This document shows positions 30,561-42,945 of a DNA stretch of 64,000 bases, piece by piece. The stretch lies in assembly GCA_964270895.1 (NCBI GenBank), contig OZ185437.1; one strand, given 5' to 3'. The translations under genes and the position numbers were made by a program. The number at the start of each line of letters is the position of its first letter. The stretch's first letter is position 1. Source of the stretch: Podarcis filfolensis. Its lineage: Eukaryota. Below the pieces are notes generated by a model that saw only the letters and a program-made list of their open reading frames with translations, had not been told where the DNA came from and did not search any database.

Positions 30561-31515
30561 GCTGTGGCCTGGGGGATGCCTGGAGGGCCTCATTTGGCTC
30601 CAGGCCTGAGGTTCCCAACCACTGCTGTAAGAGGTGGAAGATGCACTCTCACTCGGACCACCTTGAATGTTCAGTGCAAAGTGAGAATGGTAGCATTGCT
30701 GGGATGGTGGGCCTGTTGCCAACTCTTGGACCCTGAAGAAGAAAAATGACATGCTTCAAAGTCACATCCAAAATATACCAACCACAATGGGGGCGGGGGA
30801 GAAAATGCCATTAAAACTACCCTGGCACTTCCCTTTCTTGCCAGCCTATGGACTTGTCTCAGATCTTTATGATTCTAGACGTACAGCACAACCTAATGCC
30901 TGCTTACTCCTAAATTCTATTATGTCTAATGGGGCTTTCTCCCTAGTGTATGCATGCTTTGGGTTCTGCTTTGATTAAGGCCTATCACCAGCCTTTTAGA
31001 AAGCAAATCTTTGTTTGCAGCTAGCACCATTGAGAATTCTTGAATATAGTCTCCAACCATTTGTTATCAAGACTCACATCACCACCACTTAGATTCTCTG
31101 CTTTCCAGTTGCAGTCTGCACAGTTATTTCATTAACCTTGGACCAATACATTTATACGTGCAAGGCACAGAGCAGATTATGCACTTCATTTCCTAAGAGC
31201 ATCTTGCCAGTATTAGTGAGGAATCTGTTAAATCAATGCAGAGATAGCAAATCATGATAAATGACCTGAAATAGAAACTGTGATCATTTATTCATTTGAG
31301 ACAAGTCTGTAGGAAAGAGTTGGCTGTAGCTATTTCTGAAGCATGCATTCTTGAGGAAAAATTGAACTTCTCACCCCTGTTACACACTGAGTTTGGGAGT
31401 GGAAAGGAACACAGTAGTGAACTTTAAAAAAACAACAACAACCTTGCTGTGTATGCCACATCGGTCAAGTTAGAAACACACAACTCAGGAATATTTTCTT
31501 TGCAAAAGGGAGGTG

Positions 31516-31742
31516 CAAGGTAGGCAAACTAAGGCCCAATCGCCTTCTTAATCAGGCCCGTGGACAGTCCGGGAATCAGCATGTTTTTACATGAGCAAAA
31601 TGTGTGCTTTTATTTAAGATGCATCTCTGGGTTATTTGTGGGGCATAGGAATTCGTTCTTTTTTTCTCTCTCTCTTCAAAATATAGTCCGCCCCCCGCAA
31701 GGTCTGAGGGACAGTGGGCCCCCAAAAGTTTGCTGACCCCTG
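31516..31742. mobile_element. hAT-like MITE
   Basis: Ends caaggtaggcaaact / agtttgctgacccctg; TSD unclear. Confidence 0.55.
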
Positions 31743-33412
31743 TGCAAGGGTATTGGGATATGAGGATAACAATCAGATCAAAGTGACCTCCATGGGACAC
31801 AAACCTGGGCAGTGTGAATAGAGGTCCTGGGCTGCCCAGATGCCAAGACTCCCCTCTCAGTATCAATGATGTGGTCCAAAGGAAAGCAGAGCAATACATT
31901 TGGCACTAGCTTGGCTGCAGGAGTTGCCGGAAGGCCCCATTTTAGGGACTCCACTCTGGATTTGTGTAGGGCTTACTCCCTAGCCTTTCCTTCTCCCAAA
32001 GATCTCCTGCATGGCTGTGAGTACAGATTTTTCCTCAGAGTTTACTCACAAAGCCTTCTCACAAATGAGTATAGCCACAAGGCAGTGGAAGTTTAGGACC
32101 AGAGTTTTCCTTCTCTTAGATGGGCTACCTTCCCAGGTTGATGAGCCCCATCTGCCCCCACTTCCCTTTTTGACTGTTGGACCCACTATTGGTCTCATCC
32201 ACTCAGTCTGCCAGAGCCTATCTTCACATGGAGGGGAAGTCCCTAACTCACCTTGGGCTTGAGACCCAATGGCTGTCCTCCTTTCCCCTTATTAGATAAA
32301 GAACAAAAATATCTACAGTTAATATTTCCATTGCATTTTTTAGGTGGACCACTTAAAGCCAGTGCTGAAATCGAAGGTCACTCAGATTTCATATTTTCAC
32401 ACCTTTGAGAAAATCAACATGGAACATGTGAACATTTCACAGTAAAATACACATTTTGAGGTGACGCATTCAAACCATGGTCCCATTCTATAGTAACTTG
32501 TATCATTCATATGTACAATTTCCAAATTGTTGCCTTCTATCTGTTTCAGCTTGTTGTATATTTACTGTTTTTGACACCACACTTAAATTTGCATTTGAAA
32601 AAGAATTAAGGCCCTCCAGTTTTGCTTTTCAATCTTTAAAAATGCCTTTTATAATGCTGAAGAGTTTCAGCCATGTAACAGCTGAGCAATGATAACAGCT
32701 TATAGTATCATATTGTCTTATGTCTCACACATATTACGAAATACCCCAGGAGATGCATAGCTGGCAATCATACACATTTATTTAATTGACTCTGACTTTT
32801 AATGAACTTTTACTCAACAGATTTGATAAGAGGTTCATGAATATATTTAAAATTATAATTCAAATTATATGGTACTTTTCTTATTCGCAAGAAGAATCAA
32901 GCAATATGCAGCCATTTTTAATAGTATACTCAACTTGCAGAACTGCACTTTTAGCTAATTAATCCCAGTTGGTTTTACATTCATCAGAATTCAATAGGAT
33001 AGAAATAATAAGGGCAAAAAACCCCACCCACCTTATGATATCTTTACTTTGTCGGTATGATTGAGCTGAGCTGATGATTATATTAATTATCAAAGGATCT
33101 GTTTGGCTCTTCATCACAGGCATCATTTAAAATGCATGTCTTTATCTCTAATTGTGCTTCCAAATGGCTCTGTAATTGCTTGTTCACTGTTGGGAGCATG
33201 TTTGCATGTGGGGAAATGACTCCTACCTCCTGGCCCCTGGTCATCCAACTCAGGCCTTGCATATTCACTAACACCCAAGCTCTGATCTAGCACATGGAGT
33301 AATCTTGTGCATTCAGATAGAAACCTCATTGGGTTCAATGTAGTTTACTCCCAGGTGGGTGTGCATAGGACTGTCGCCAAACTGTAGGCGAATTAGGGCC
33401 TAAGATGTTTGA

Positions 33413-33713
33413 TTCTTAAGGAAATCAGCCCTGAGTGCTCACTGGAAGCACAGATTGTGAAGCTGAGGTGCCAATACTTTGGCCACCTCATGAGAAGAGA
33501 AGACGCCCTGGAAAAGACCCTGAAGTTGGGAAAGATTGAGGGCACAAGGAAAAGGGGACGACAGAGGACAAGATGGTTGGACAGTGTTCTCGAAGCTACA
33601 AACATGAGTTTGACCTAACTGCGGGAGGCAGTGGAAGACAGGAGTGCCTGGCATGCTCTGGTCCATGGGGTCACGAAGAGTCGGACATGACTAAATGACT
33701 AAACAACAACAAC
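33413..33713 (+). mobile_element. BovB (RTE) LINE, 5'-truncated 3' end
   Basis: LKEISPECSLE...KL..QYFGHLMRRED.LEKTL.LGKIEG.RKRGRQR.RWLD; (CAA)n tail; 8-bp TSD ATGTTTGA (33405-33412, 33714-33721). Confidence 0.92.
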
Positions 33714-34884
33714 ATGTTTGAGGTGGTACGTAGATGGCATCAGTTTTCATGGACTTAACTGCATTCACCTTGCAAACTATAGTTGTCTCCCTTTTCCTTC
33801 AATACTTTAGACCACTGAGCTCTGGTCCCTGCTTTTAGCTGAACTCCTCCTTTTCCCTTTTCAACCTGTGTTTAACACGCTGATCTGATCACTTATTTGT
33901 TCTGCCCTTCTTTTTTAAAAAGTGCAACACTTTTCATATTAAAAATGCTCCTAAAAGAGGAGTGGTGGCTTTGTGACTGATACAATGGACAGCACTATGC
34001 TGTCTGTTGCAATAAAGAGAAACAGGTTCTTCTGAGCTCTCACTAGGGGAAGAGATTGCATGTGTGCAGGCCCATGCAAACAGACAGGGGTGGTAGCCAG
34101 GTACACTTGTTTCAGGCCCCGGATGCCAGGGAGCTGCTGGACTTACGCTGTCATGCCAAGAACTCCCTGTGCCTCCCTATCACTAATGCCCGATGGCAGT
34201 GCTTCTCCCTTTAACAAGAATTATTATCAGGGCTGGGCAGCTGGATCAGGGAGCCCCTATTTTAAGTTTCCCCAATGCCTCTTAGTGCAGCTCCAGGCCA
34301 TTGGTGGAAATTCTAATGGCTGCTTTCAGAACACTGCTGCTACCCACCTCTGTCACTCACTAAACCAGAGTGGTAGGCAACAATGTTAGAAAAGACACAT
34401 CAGAGGGCACCTTGCCAGCACCCCTCTCAAATCTTGAACCAGACTTATTATTGTGATGCAAATAAAATGCGCTGAACAAAGACGAGATGGAAAAAAGAAC
34501 AAAAAAGGGCAGACACACTTTGAATGGAGAGTCAGCTGTAGGATGACAAGAACATTATGATAACTAGTTATTTGCAGCCTCTCATAACTTCTGAAAGCTT
34601 TCCTTCCTACCCTGTCCCTGTTAATATATATATACATATTCCGTTTCTCTCTCTGTCTCTCTAAGCAGCTTCTGATAATGTTGCTTCTTTCTGGAAATGC
34701 TTCTTGTAATCCTGGTTTCTGACTGCTCATATATTTCTTTGCAAAAACTGCAGATCAGACACAAGCTGGGATGAATGTATGGAAATTAGCTAGTCAAGGA
34801 GAATCTTGGCAAGGGCATTAACAAATCTGAAGTGGGGGCGGGACATCAAGGAGGCTGAAAGCTTGTCTCCAGGAGCTTGCTGAA

Positions 34885-34890
34885 TGTGTA

Positions 34891-34939
<49 letters not shown>
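34885..34939. repeat. Compound (TG)n(TA)n microsatellite
   Basis: Read directly. Confidence 0.95.
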
Positions 34940-34942
<3 letters not shown>

Positions 34943-35710
34943 TCATTTTGCAAATGAATCATTAATTAGAATGAGGTAAACCAGGCAAAAAAGGGGGTGA
35001 TTCAGTTTGTTAAATGTGGCGGTGTAATTTTTTTGTGATGTTGACAACTTTCAGAATTACCTGTTTCAGAATACCAGTGCATCCACCTTGCAGTGCTTAG
35101 CTGTATGATGAACCAAGCTCTCCTTCCCCAAAAGTTGCTATCTAGCTCAAAATGGAAGATAAGTTTCAGTGCATGCTTGATCAGTATTCACAAGGACATG
35201 TGCAAAAGTGTTTTTTGACATTAAAGCCCATACTGCTGCTGAAACTACAGTTCGTGGTAATCAATTAGCACTGACCAGGTTGCTCAGCCAAGCAACTTTT
35301 CTCTGTTCTGGTTGATGTCCTTGGTTGTTTATTGCAAACGTAGTATTTGAGTGTTGTCCCACCCTGACTCATCCAGGTCTAAAAACCTGTCATTCCCAGG
35401 TGTGTTTGGTTGAATTTCTCTAGGTAGGCTGATGTTGGGAACAGCCATTCCCAGGGGGCAACAGAATAAGGTGCATGCCCATGACACCATTAATATGCAT
35501 GTGCCAATCTTATGAAGAAGTAAAATACTCTTGGAGAACAGCCAGGTTTCCCCAAACACTTACCAAGAAAGCTTGTAATTCCTAAACATATTCAGAAATG
35601 TGATGAGGGCAACTCAACATTTCTTTTTATTTTAAAGTGCCCTTGTTTATTTACAGCTTCATATTGCTGCTCCTTTTTGTGCTCCGAACCTTCCATTTTC
35701 CCGAACCTTC

Positions 35711-36449
35711 CAGTGGTTTTCCGTGGCACCCTGGGGTGCCTTGAATGGGGTGCAGTGAACAACACTGGTCTTGACACTGTCCTTCTTTCCTTCCCTTCCT
35801 CCTCTGATGCCTTCTCACATCTCCCAAAGGCTTGTACACCTGTTAGTTGCAGCAGCCCTGGCTACAAGCCCAGCAGACGAATGGTGCCTCTGGGGCTGGT
35901 ATGGGGCTGCTGGCTGCCATGAGCTGAGGTGGCCTCGGAATAAGTAAGCAAGCGGGCAGTGGAACCCAGCCAGCCAGTCCACCAACCCTTGCTGTTGGGA
36001 ATGGACAGGCAAGTCCCAGGCCCCTGTGGGGCAGTGTGAGGAGGCACCTCTCTTGGGGGGAGGGGGCAGGTCAGAGACCAGGGGTGGCAGCAGTAGCTGC
36101 CTGGAGGAATCCCAAGGAGAGGGGAGAGGAGAAGTGCAGTGGTGTAGCGTGGGGGGTGCAGGGGGGGCCGGCCGCACTGGGTGCAACATCTGGGGGTTAG
36201 GGTTAGGGGCGCAAATCCACAGGTTAGGGGGCGCAAATCCACGGGTTAGGGGGCGCAAATTACTTGCCTTGCCCTGGGTGCTGACAACCCACGCTACGCC
36301 ACTGGAGAAGAGGCTGAGGAAACACTCCACAAGGGAGGGTAAGAGGCTGCTAGCTCTGCAAGCAAGGGATCCTGAGCCCCACAGGAGTGCCACAGAAAGA
36401 ATGTAGTTGGTCAAGGGAGCCTTGGACTCAAAAAGGTTGAAAACCTCTG
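35711..36449. mobile_element. hAT-like non-autonomous element hosting a nested MITE
   Basis: Ends cagtggtttt / aaggttgaaaacctctg; GC-rich body; no TSD found. Confidence 0.45.
36137..36304. mobile_element. hAT MITE with three ~22-bp internal repeats
   Basis: 17-bp TIRs CAGTGGTGTAGCGTGGG / CCCACGCTACGCCACTG (1 mismatch); 8-bp TSD GAGAAGTG / GAGAAGAG. Confidence 0.85.
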
Positions 36450-37619
36450 CATTATTATGTAGAGACGGAGGTGTGGATGGAGGAAGCAGCTAATTTGGGG
36501 AGTGTGTATTTGAACAGATGCTTGAATAAAGGAAATGTAATCTCTTCCTCTTAGAGCTGTCAACTTTGTTTAGCTGGCTCTGCTCTTCTCCCTGCTGCTG
36601 TTAGCCTAACACCCAGAGCTGCTAGATCAAAGCAGAAATCATTCCAGGATCCTGGCTTCTTTGCAAATTAAGGGTGTGATGATCCTATGCATTCACTGAG
36701 ATTTACTTTTCAGAGAGAAATGGAACAAGCTGCAGCTTGGCTGCAGGTAAAGTATGGTACTTTAGAATGCATGGACTCTGCCTGGGTAGCTGACAGCCAG
36801 CGGCATTTATTCTGCCTCCTAGGAGTGTTTGCTCTTTGCCTTTGCTTATGCTCTGCTTATTATTATTTGATAATAAAGCAAATATTACAAGTCTCCAGTA
36901 TTCTCTACTCCAAATGATATTAAGGCTGCAATCTCACACGCACCTGGGGGGAGGAATCCTATTGAACTCAGTGTTGCTTACTTCTAGGGAGATATAGAAC
37001 TGCAGAATCATAGCATTGCAGAGTTGGAAGGGACCCCTGTTTATATTAAACTCACATTGTTTAAATAAAAACCAACATAGTATTTTATTGTACGGTATAG
37101 CATTTTAATCCAACAACTTATAAAAACTGGAAGTGGCAAGACCTATCTTTAAACAACTGCTCTTCATTCCCACTCATGCAAGATCAAATGCTTCTTTATC
37201 TAAGATGAAGATTTGCAGCATCTAAATATACGTACAAAGTTACAAAATCTAAAAAGCTCCAGAGAAAAAGGTGGGATATATATAAATATAGCAACAAACT
37301 TTAAAACTTTATGACTTTCCCCCATTTCTTTTGTTCTACTCATATGAAAATCTAATTAAGGGGAACACACCCAACCCTACTGCCCTGGTATGCATGCCTA
37401 CTCGAGTCCTATTGATTCATCGGGACCTACTCTCAGATAACTGCGTCTATGATTGCAGCCTAACTGGGGACCGAGTGAAAGTCCTCATCGGGACTTGTCC
37501 TCATCCCTATTAGCAGAGATGTCGCCGCTATGGGAAGAAATCCTGCGGGCTAGCTCAGATTATGCCCTGATCTTTGAACCATTAATTGCACGCGTGCTTT
37601 CAAGTACATGCACTTCCAC

Positions 37620-38720
37620 GAACACTGACGGAGCCTCCCACTGATCCAATCCCTCTCATTGGACATCAGCAGCTCCTCTCCTATCACAGCGCCAAGTACA
37701 CGATCGAGCAGCGCGCTGTAAATCTCCTTAGATCCCTTGCTCGATCCCGCCTACAAACCAACCGGGATTTATTAATCTTCTCGACAGCTTGCGCGGTGGG
37801 GGGAGAGGGGGGGTGGGAAGAAGGGGGGAAAAGGAGAAAACTGGGATCCAAACAAAACGCAAGAGGGCAAGAAACCTCTGGATCGCTTTGCCCCTTGCGT
37901 CAGGAGAGCCGGATCCTTGGGGTTTTACGGCGGCCGAGCTGGGAGCTGAAGGCAGGGCTGCCGTCCCTTCCCTTCTGGGGACCGGTAGGAAGGATTTCAT
38001 AGGATCTTCCCCTGCCGAAGCCGCAGCGAGCGCCGCGCGAGTTCCCGCCTCCTGCCTTCGCTCATTCATTCCCGCCGCCGCCGCCGCCAGCAGCTGCTGC
38101 TCCATTATGAGCGGCTCCTTCCTGGTTCCTCGTTGCCAGACGCGCGACTTGGACGGCGAGCCTGAGGCGGCGGGAGCCGGGAAGAGGAGGCGGCAGCAGC
38201 AGGAGAAGCCCGGCGAGAAGCCCTCCTTCCCCGCGCCCGGCGCCTCTCGGGGTTCCTGCGCCGCGTAAAGAAGGAAACCCAAACAACCCGCGACGGGTAA
38301 GGACGGGTCGCCGCGAGGGGCTGCTGGGCTCAAAGTTTCCGCCGCGGTCCGGGCGCTTTGGGTTTGTTTCTCTCCCCCCCCACCCCCACCCCAACACCTC
38401 CCTCCCCTCGCGATCTGCCGTCGAGCTTATGCAATAGAGCCAGTCTTGTCCCAGGAGAAAATGGAAGCGCCTTCGGGATTTGTCGCGCTTTTGGCCCCCT
38501 AAAGCGCGCCAGCCAAAGGGTCGGCGCGTCTGGTTCGAGCCCACCCGGGGATGGTTTGTGGGCAGGATTTCTGCATGGCAGGGGGTTGGACTAGATGATC
38601 CTCGGGGACGCCGTCCAACTCTACGATGCTTTGATTCTAAGCCCCGGACAGCAAGGGCTGCCTTGTTTTGCTCGTTTCCAGGGGGAACTCTCCGAAGTAA
38701 TGGTTTGTGGGGGGGGGGTT
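37620..38720 (+). promoter_or_regulatory. CpG-island promoter, probably PKIB
   Basis: CpG/GC-rich ~1 kb; inverted CCAAT/ATTGG pair at 37646-37662; TGCGTCA at 37896-37902; donor CGG|GTAAGG at 38297. Identity rests on HSF2-SERINC1-PKIB synteny only. Confidence 0.65.
38061..38296 (+). other. PKIB: Putative first (5'UTR) exon of PKIB; start approximate
   Basis: Inr-like CTCATTC at 38061, (GCC)5 tract and strong donor at 38297; no PKI pseudosubstrate coding seen. Confidence 0.45.
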
Positions 38721-39107
38721 CTGTCCGTCGGGATGGGGGTGAAAGTGGGGAAGTATCGAACTTGCTTTTTCTTCTCAAAAGCGTGGGAGTTTGGTACAGG
38801 AGCAAATTGGGTGAGGGGCTGTCCCCGCTTTTGCTTCAAGCACGTCCTGGTGCTGTTTGATACTTGCTCTTGAAAGTCTCCTTTGCCCAAGTTGTGCGCA
38901 CGTGTGAATGTTGGTGATTCGTGATAGGAAGCGGACAAGAATCTGGTGTATATGTACGCGTGTGTGTGTGTGTGTATTCTAGCTAGTGGAGGGATTATAT
39001 CTGCAGGTGTAAATATCAACAAGTGCCCGCACTCCCCAGCCAGCAGGTGGGCAGTTCAGGACTGCAATCTTGTACACACTTACTGCTTAGTAAGTCCCGT
39101 TGAACTT

Positions 39108-39287
39108 GGAAGCGCCACAGAATCTGCCTTACAGGCAGAAGGCCTCAGGTTGAGTCTGACATCGCCAGGTAGGGGCTGCGAAGAAGCTTGCCTGAAATGC
39201 TGGGAAGCTGCTGCCAGTCAGTGTAAAGAATACTGAACTAGATGGACCAGTGCTCTGAGTCAGTATAAGGCAGCTTCCCATGTTCCT
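39108..39287 (+). mobile_element. Decayed tRNA-derived SINE (Squam2-like)
   Basis: gcagaagg...caggt...ctgccagtcagtgta..aatactgaactagatggacca..g.tctga.tcagtataaggcagcttcc.atgttcct pattern. Confidence 0.6.
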
Positions 39288-42200
39288 TCTGAGATATGCA
39301 TCGGATTGTGCCATCAGTAGTCCTCTTCCAATCCACTGCCCCAAAAGAATTGTCTGTTCCTGTTACTCCTTCTGGAGTAAAAAAAAAAAAAAGTTTATAT
39401 ACTCATAATGGTCCTGTGATAATTTGGCATGTTTCTGTGATCCTTGTAGCTCTATTTCTGTAATAGGCATTTTCCTATTTATTTGCAAAAGAGGAGTGTT
39501 GCTCAGTGTGATTAGGTAGTCAGAAAACACAGGTTCCCAAACTGTGGGCCACCCAAACTTCTTCAAGGTGGTTACAGTGTCTGCATTAAATATCCAGTAT
39601 AGAGGTGATGATAGTTTTTTGCCTTCCAAGATCATAAACAAGGATTACCAAGCTGGGGCTCTTAGGCTCTAAGGCAGGATGCTCTTGTGCTGCCTTTCCC
39701 ATCTTCTATATTCAATCAATCCTATCCCAAGCCCTGCTGGGACAGGCTGCTGGTTGTGGGGAGATACTGGCAATGCTGCAGCCAAGGGTAAGGGTCAAAA
39801 CAGTGGCCGTTTCACAGCCCTCCGTGGTTCATGCTTTTAAAAAATATGTCCTGCACCCAGTTTCTGCCATCTCAGTCTTCTATATTTCACACTTGGTTGC
39901 ACTGATGAGGTGCTCTTCCAGGTGACTTTCATGTGTGTCAGACAAAATGATGTATTTTCAAAGGTTAGTGCTAATAGCACTTTAGTGGAGGTGTTCTTGG
40001 AGGTGGGGCAGAGCTGTTGCAACAAGCACTGATAAACCTGCTACTGGCACAGCCTCCCTTAGCCTTGAAGGCAAGTAGGTAGCTGATATGAAGACGTAAT
40101 TATTTTGACATGCTGAGTTGCCAGCTGAACAGTGTGCATCTGGAGAGAAGAAGAGTTATTGCCATAAATACTAACAGGATGAGCTAAGCTGGTCCCCCAG
40201 TAGCTTAGGAACGAAAGCTTTGGTTTGTTCACAATATTTTCTAAAGCTGTGCATATACTGTAATTAGGAGAGATGTTGGTTGTGCATCACCTTCTGCCCT
40301 GGAAACTCTTAACCCTTATCCCAGACTGGAAGCTAGTTTTATTAATGAGTTGCAAAAAAGAAAAAAAAGAGGCAGTTCATGATTGCTTAAGTGTTCCACT
40401 TCCTCCTTACTATACCGTATTTCTCCTGTTCTTTTCCAAGATCTGGTGCCAAAATGGCCTCAGCTAATCATTGTATGAACTAATAGCGAACCCCAAAAGA
40501 AGCACAGTGAGAACTGTGTGTGCTTGGTGGCCATGGAATGCTCATTGACTTTTTTGGGGGTGTTTGGAAACATGGGGGGAGGGCGGAATGGAATATCTTT
40601 TGGGAGGGCATTGTTGGAACCCTGAACATTCCATATGGCTACATTTTGTCGCAGGCCCCTTGTATGTGTGGATTATTTCTGCAGCCAATCAGAATGCGTT
40701 CTTCTTTAGGTAATTCATGGATTGCAGAAATATGAAATGGCAAGTTGAAACACAAATCCACCCTGATGGGTGCACACAGAGAGAGATTAGTCTGCTTCTG
40801 CACACAGGCCTTCCTGGCTGTGTCTGGCAAATACATGCTCAGAAACTCCTTTCAAAAACAGCTCGGGAAGGAAAGAATTGTTTGCTCAGCAATGTATTGA
40901 TCATAATTAGTGTTTTCCTCCCGTGAAAGTTGCAGTGATATCATAATTAACTACTAGATGTTTTATCAGTTGCAAGTCACGTAGGTCTTCAGTTCTATGC
41001 ACAGCAAAGGCAGCAAAAGTACATAGAGTACTGTAATCTCCAGTGGTTTATTGAATTACAGCAATAAAACAACACTGTGGATTTGCTCCAGCTCACTGTG
41101 GGTGCAACGTCCTTGGGCGGATCCCCGTAGGGCATAATGTAGCTCACTTTCCCCCTTTCCCCCCACTTATGGGCACTCAGTGCACCAGACCATTACAGGA
41201 AAGGAGACTTCTAGCTCAAGTTCCATGACTGAGTGGGAGGAGGAAGAGGAAGAGGAGGGCTGGATGGGGTTCCGGAAAGTGTACAACACTTTTCCTCCAT
41301 AAAACACAAGTCTAGAGTGAGAGTCTAGGGTGATGTCTGCTGTTTCCAGGATCTCTTTCCATTGTGAGACTTTTGTGGGTGAGCTGAGTTTGTTTGAATG
41401 CTGAGTGAGAACCCAAGACTGAGAGGAAGGGTTTGTTAGAAGGAAAATGAATTTATGTTGATTTGTATACAGTATATTAGTAACTTTGTATAAATGTACC
41501 ATTTTTATATGTAACTGTGTATTTTCAGACTGTTCTGTTTAAGTTTTCTGTTGTTGCTTCAGTTTTTTTGTACCCCGCTTAGAGATATTTTTATTATGTT
41601 AAGCGGTATGGAAATTCAATAATCAATACTCAAAGTGTGCACACTGAAAAGGGTAGTGGGGAGGATGTAGGGCTGTTATTCACTGTCAGGAGCCTTTGCA
41701 CCCGCAGCATGCAATCTTCAAAAACTGGATCCTGGTCATTGACAGTAATAAAGTGAGTGATTCATACTCTTCAAAAATAGATTTTATTGCAGCAATTCAA
41801 AACTGTTGTGGCTTACACAGTGGGATTATTGAGTTGTAATCTCCAAAGTACAACAAGCTTATGTTTCTCTTCTGGTTTAATAAATATCTCCACGTGGTGA
41901 CTATGGTTGGCATTATTTTTTTACTGCCATGTGCCCAGGCAGCAATTCAGGGGGTGCAGCTTCTCTTGCATTGAGTTACGGCAATAGGGAAATGTTTCTT
42001 TTGAATTTTTACTTGACGTACAGGCATATGCACTTTTAAAATGAGCTCCTGATACATCACAATGACAGAGGTTTGTCCTGACTTATTTAGGACTTGCTCA
42101 CTTAACCCTGAAAAGGTTAAAACATTTATTAATTTGCCTATCTCTGGGCACCAAGTGAAAACTGTTCTCTATAACCAAGCTTTTGGCTGATTAAACAATA

Positions 42201-42690
42201 TATGGCCTTTTAAGTGTGTTTGTGGGGCAACTGGTTTGTTTGGTTTTTTTGTTACGTACTTTGTGTTCTCCTTTTGTTTTTTTATGTTGTAAACCACCCT
42301 GATATCTTCAGATGAAGGGCAGTATACAGATTAAAAAATGAAACCTGGGTTGTGTTTGATACTTACTTACTTACTTTTACTAATCTGTTGCTGTTGTTGT
42401 AATATTGTGTTTTTATGTGGTACACAGTCTTGTTATTTTTTATGTAAGTGTGGTTTATAAACATTTAAATTAAAATGTATAATGTTTTGAGGAGAGGGTA
42501 ATTATTGCCTACCAAAAAGTGCAGAGGTTACATTGTCTCCACGAAACCCAATTTTCTATGCACTTTCTTCCTGTTTGCCTTGCAACCTGTGTGAACTGCT
42601 GTTCATTGTTCAATATGACAATGTTTTAAGGACTGAAAAGCACCGGAACCTTTCAAGTTCTTTTTCAGGCATTAGCTTCAGGGTACTTGA

Positions 42691-42945
42691 TCGGTCCCTG
42701 CTCCTGCCATCCCAGCAGTTCGAAAGAAAGCACGTCAAAGTGCAAGTAGAAAATAGGTACCTCTCCGGTGGGAAGGTAAACGGCGTTTCCGTGCGCTGCT
42801 CTGGTTTGCCAGTAGCGGCTTAGTCATGCTGGCCACATGACCCGGAAGCTGTACGCCGGCTCCCTTGGCCAATAAAGCGAGATGAACGCCGCAACCCCAG
42901 AGTCGGCCACGACTGGACCTAATGGTCAGGGGCCCCTTTACCTTT
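42691..42945 (+). mobile_element. Sauria SINE, 5'-truncated
   Basis: Near-identical to the 3' two-thirds of the 24765 copy. Confidence 0.9.

Noticed and set aside
36195-36208. TTAGGG x2 as an interstitial telomere
   Set aside because: Only two units, and they are part of the MITE internal repeat.
35815-36414. 199-aa and 126-aa ORFs
   Set aside because: They lie in GC-rich nested non-autonomous transposons; no transposase motif.
37728-38805. Long ORFs of 247, 201 and 159 aa over the CpG island
   Set aside because: Overlapping Pro/Arg/Gly/Ala-rich frames are expected from stop-codon depletion in GC-rich DNA; no recognisable domain.
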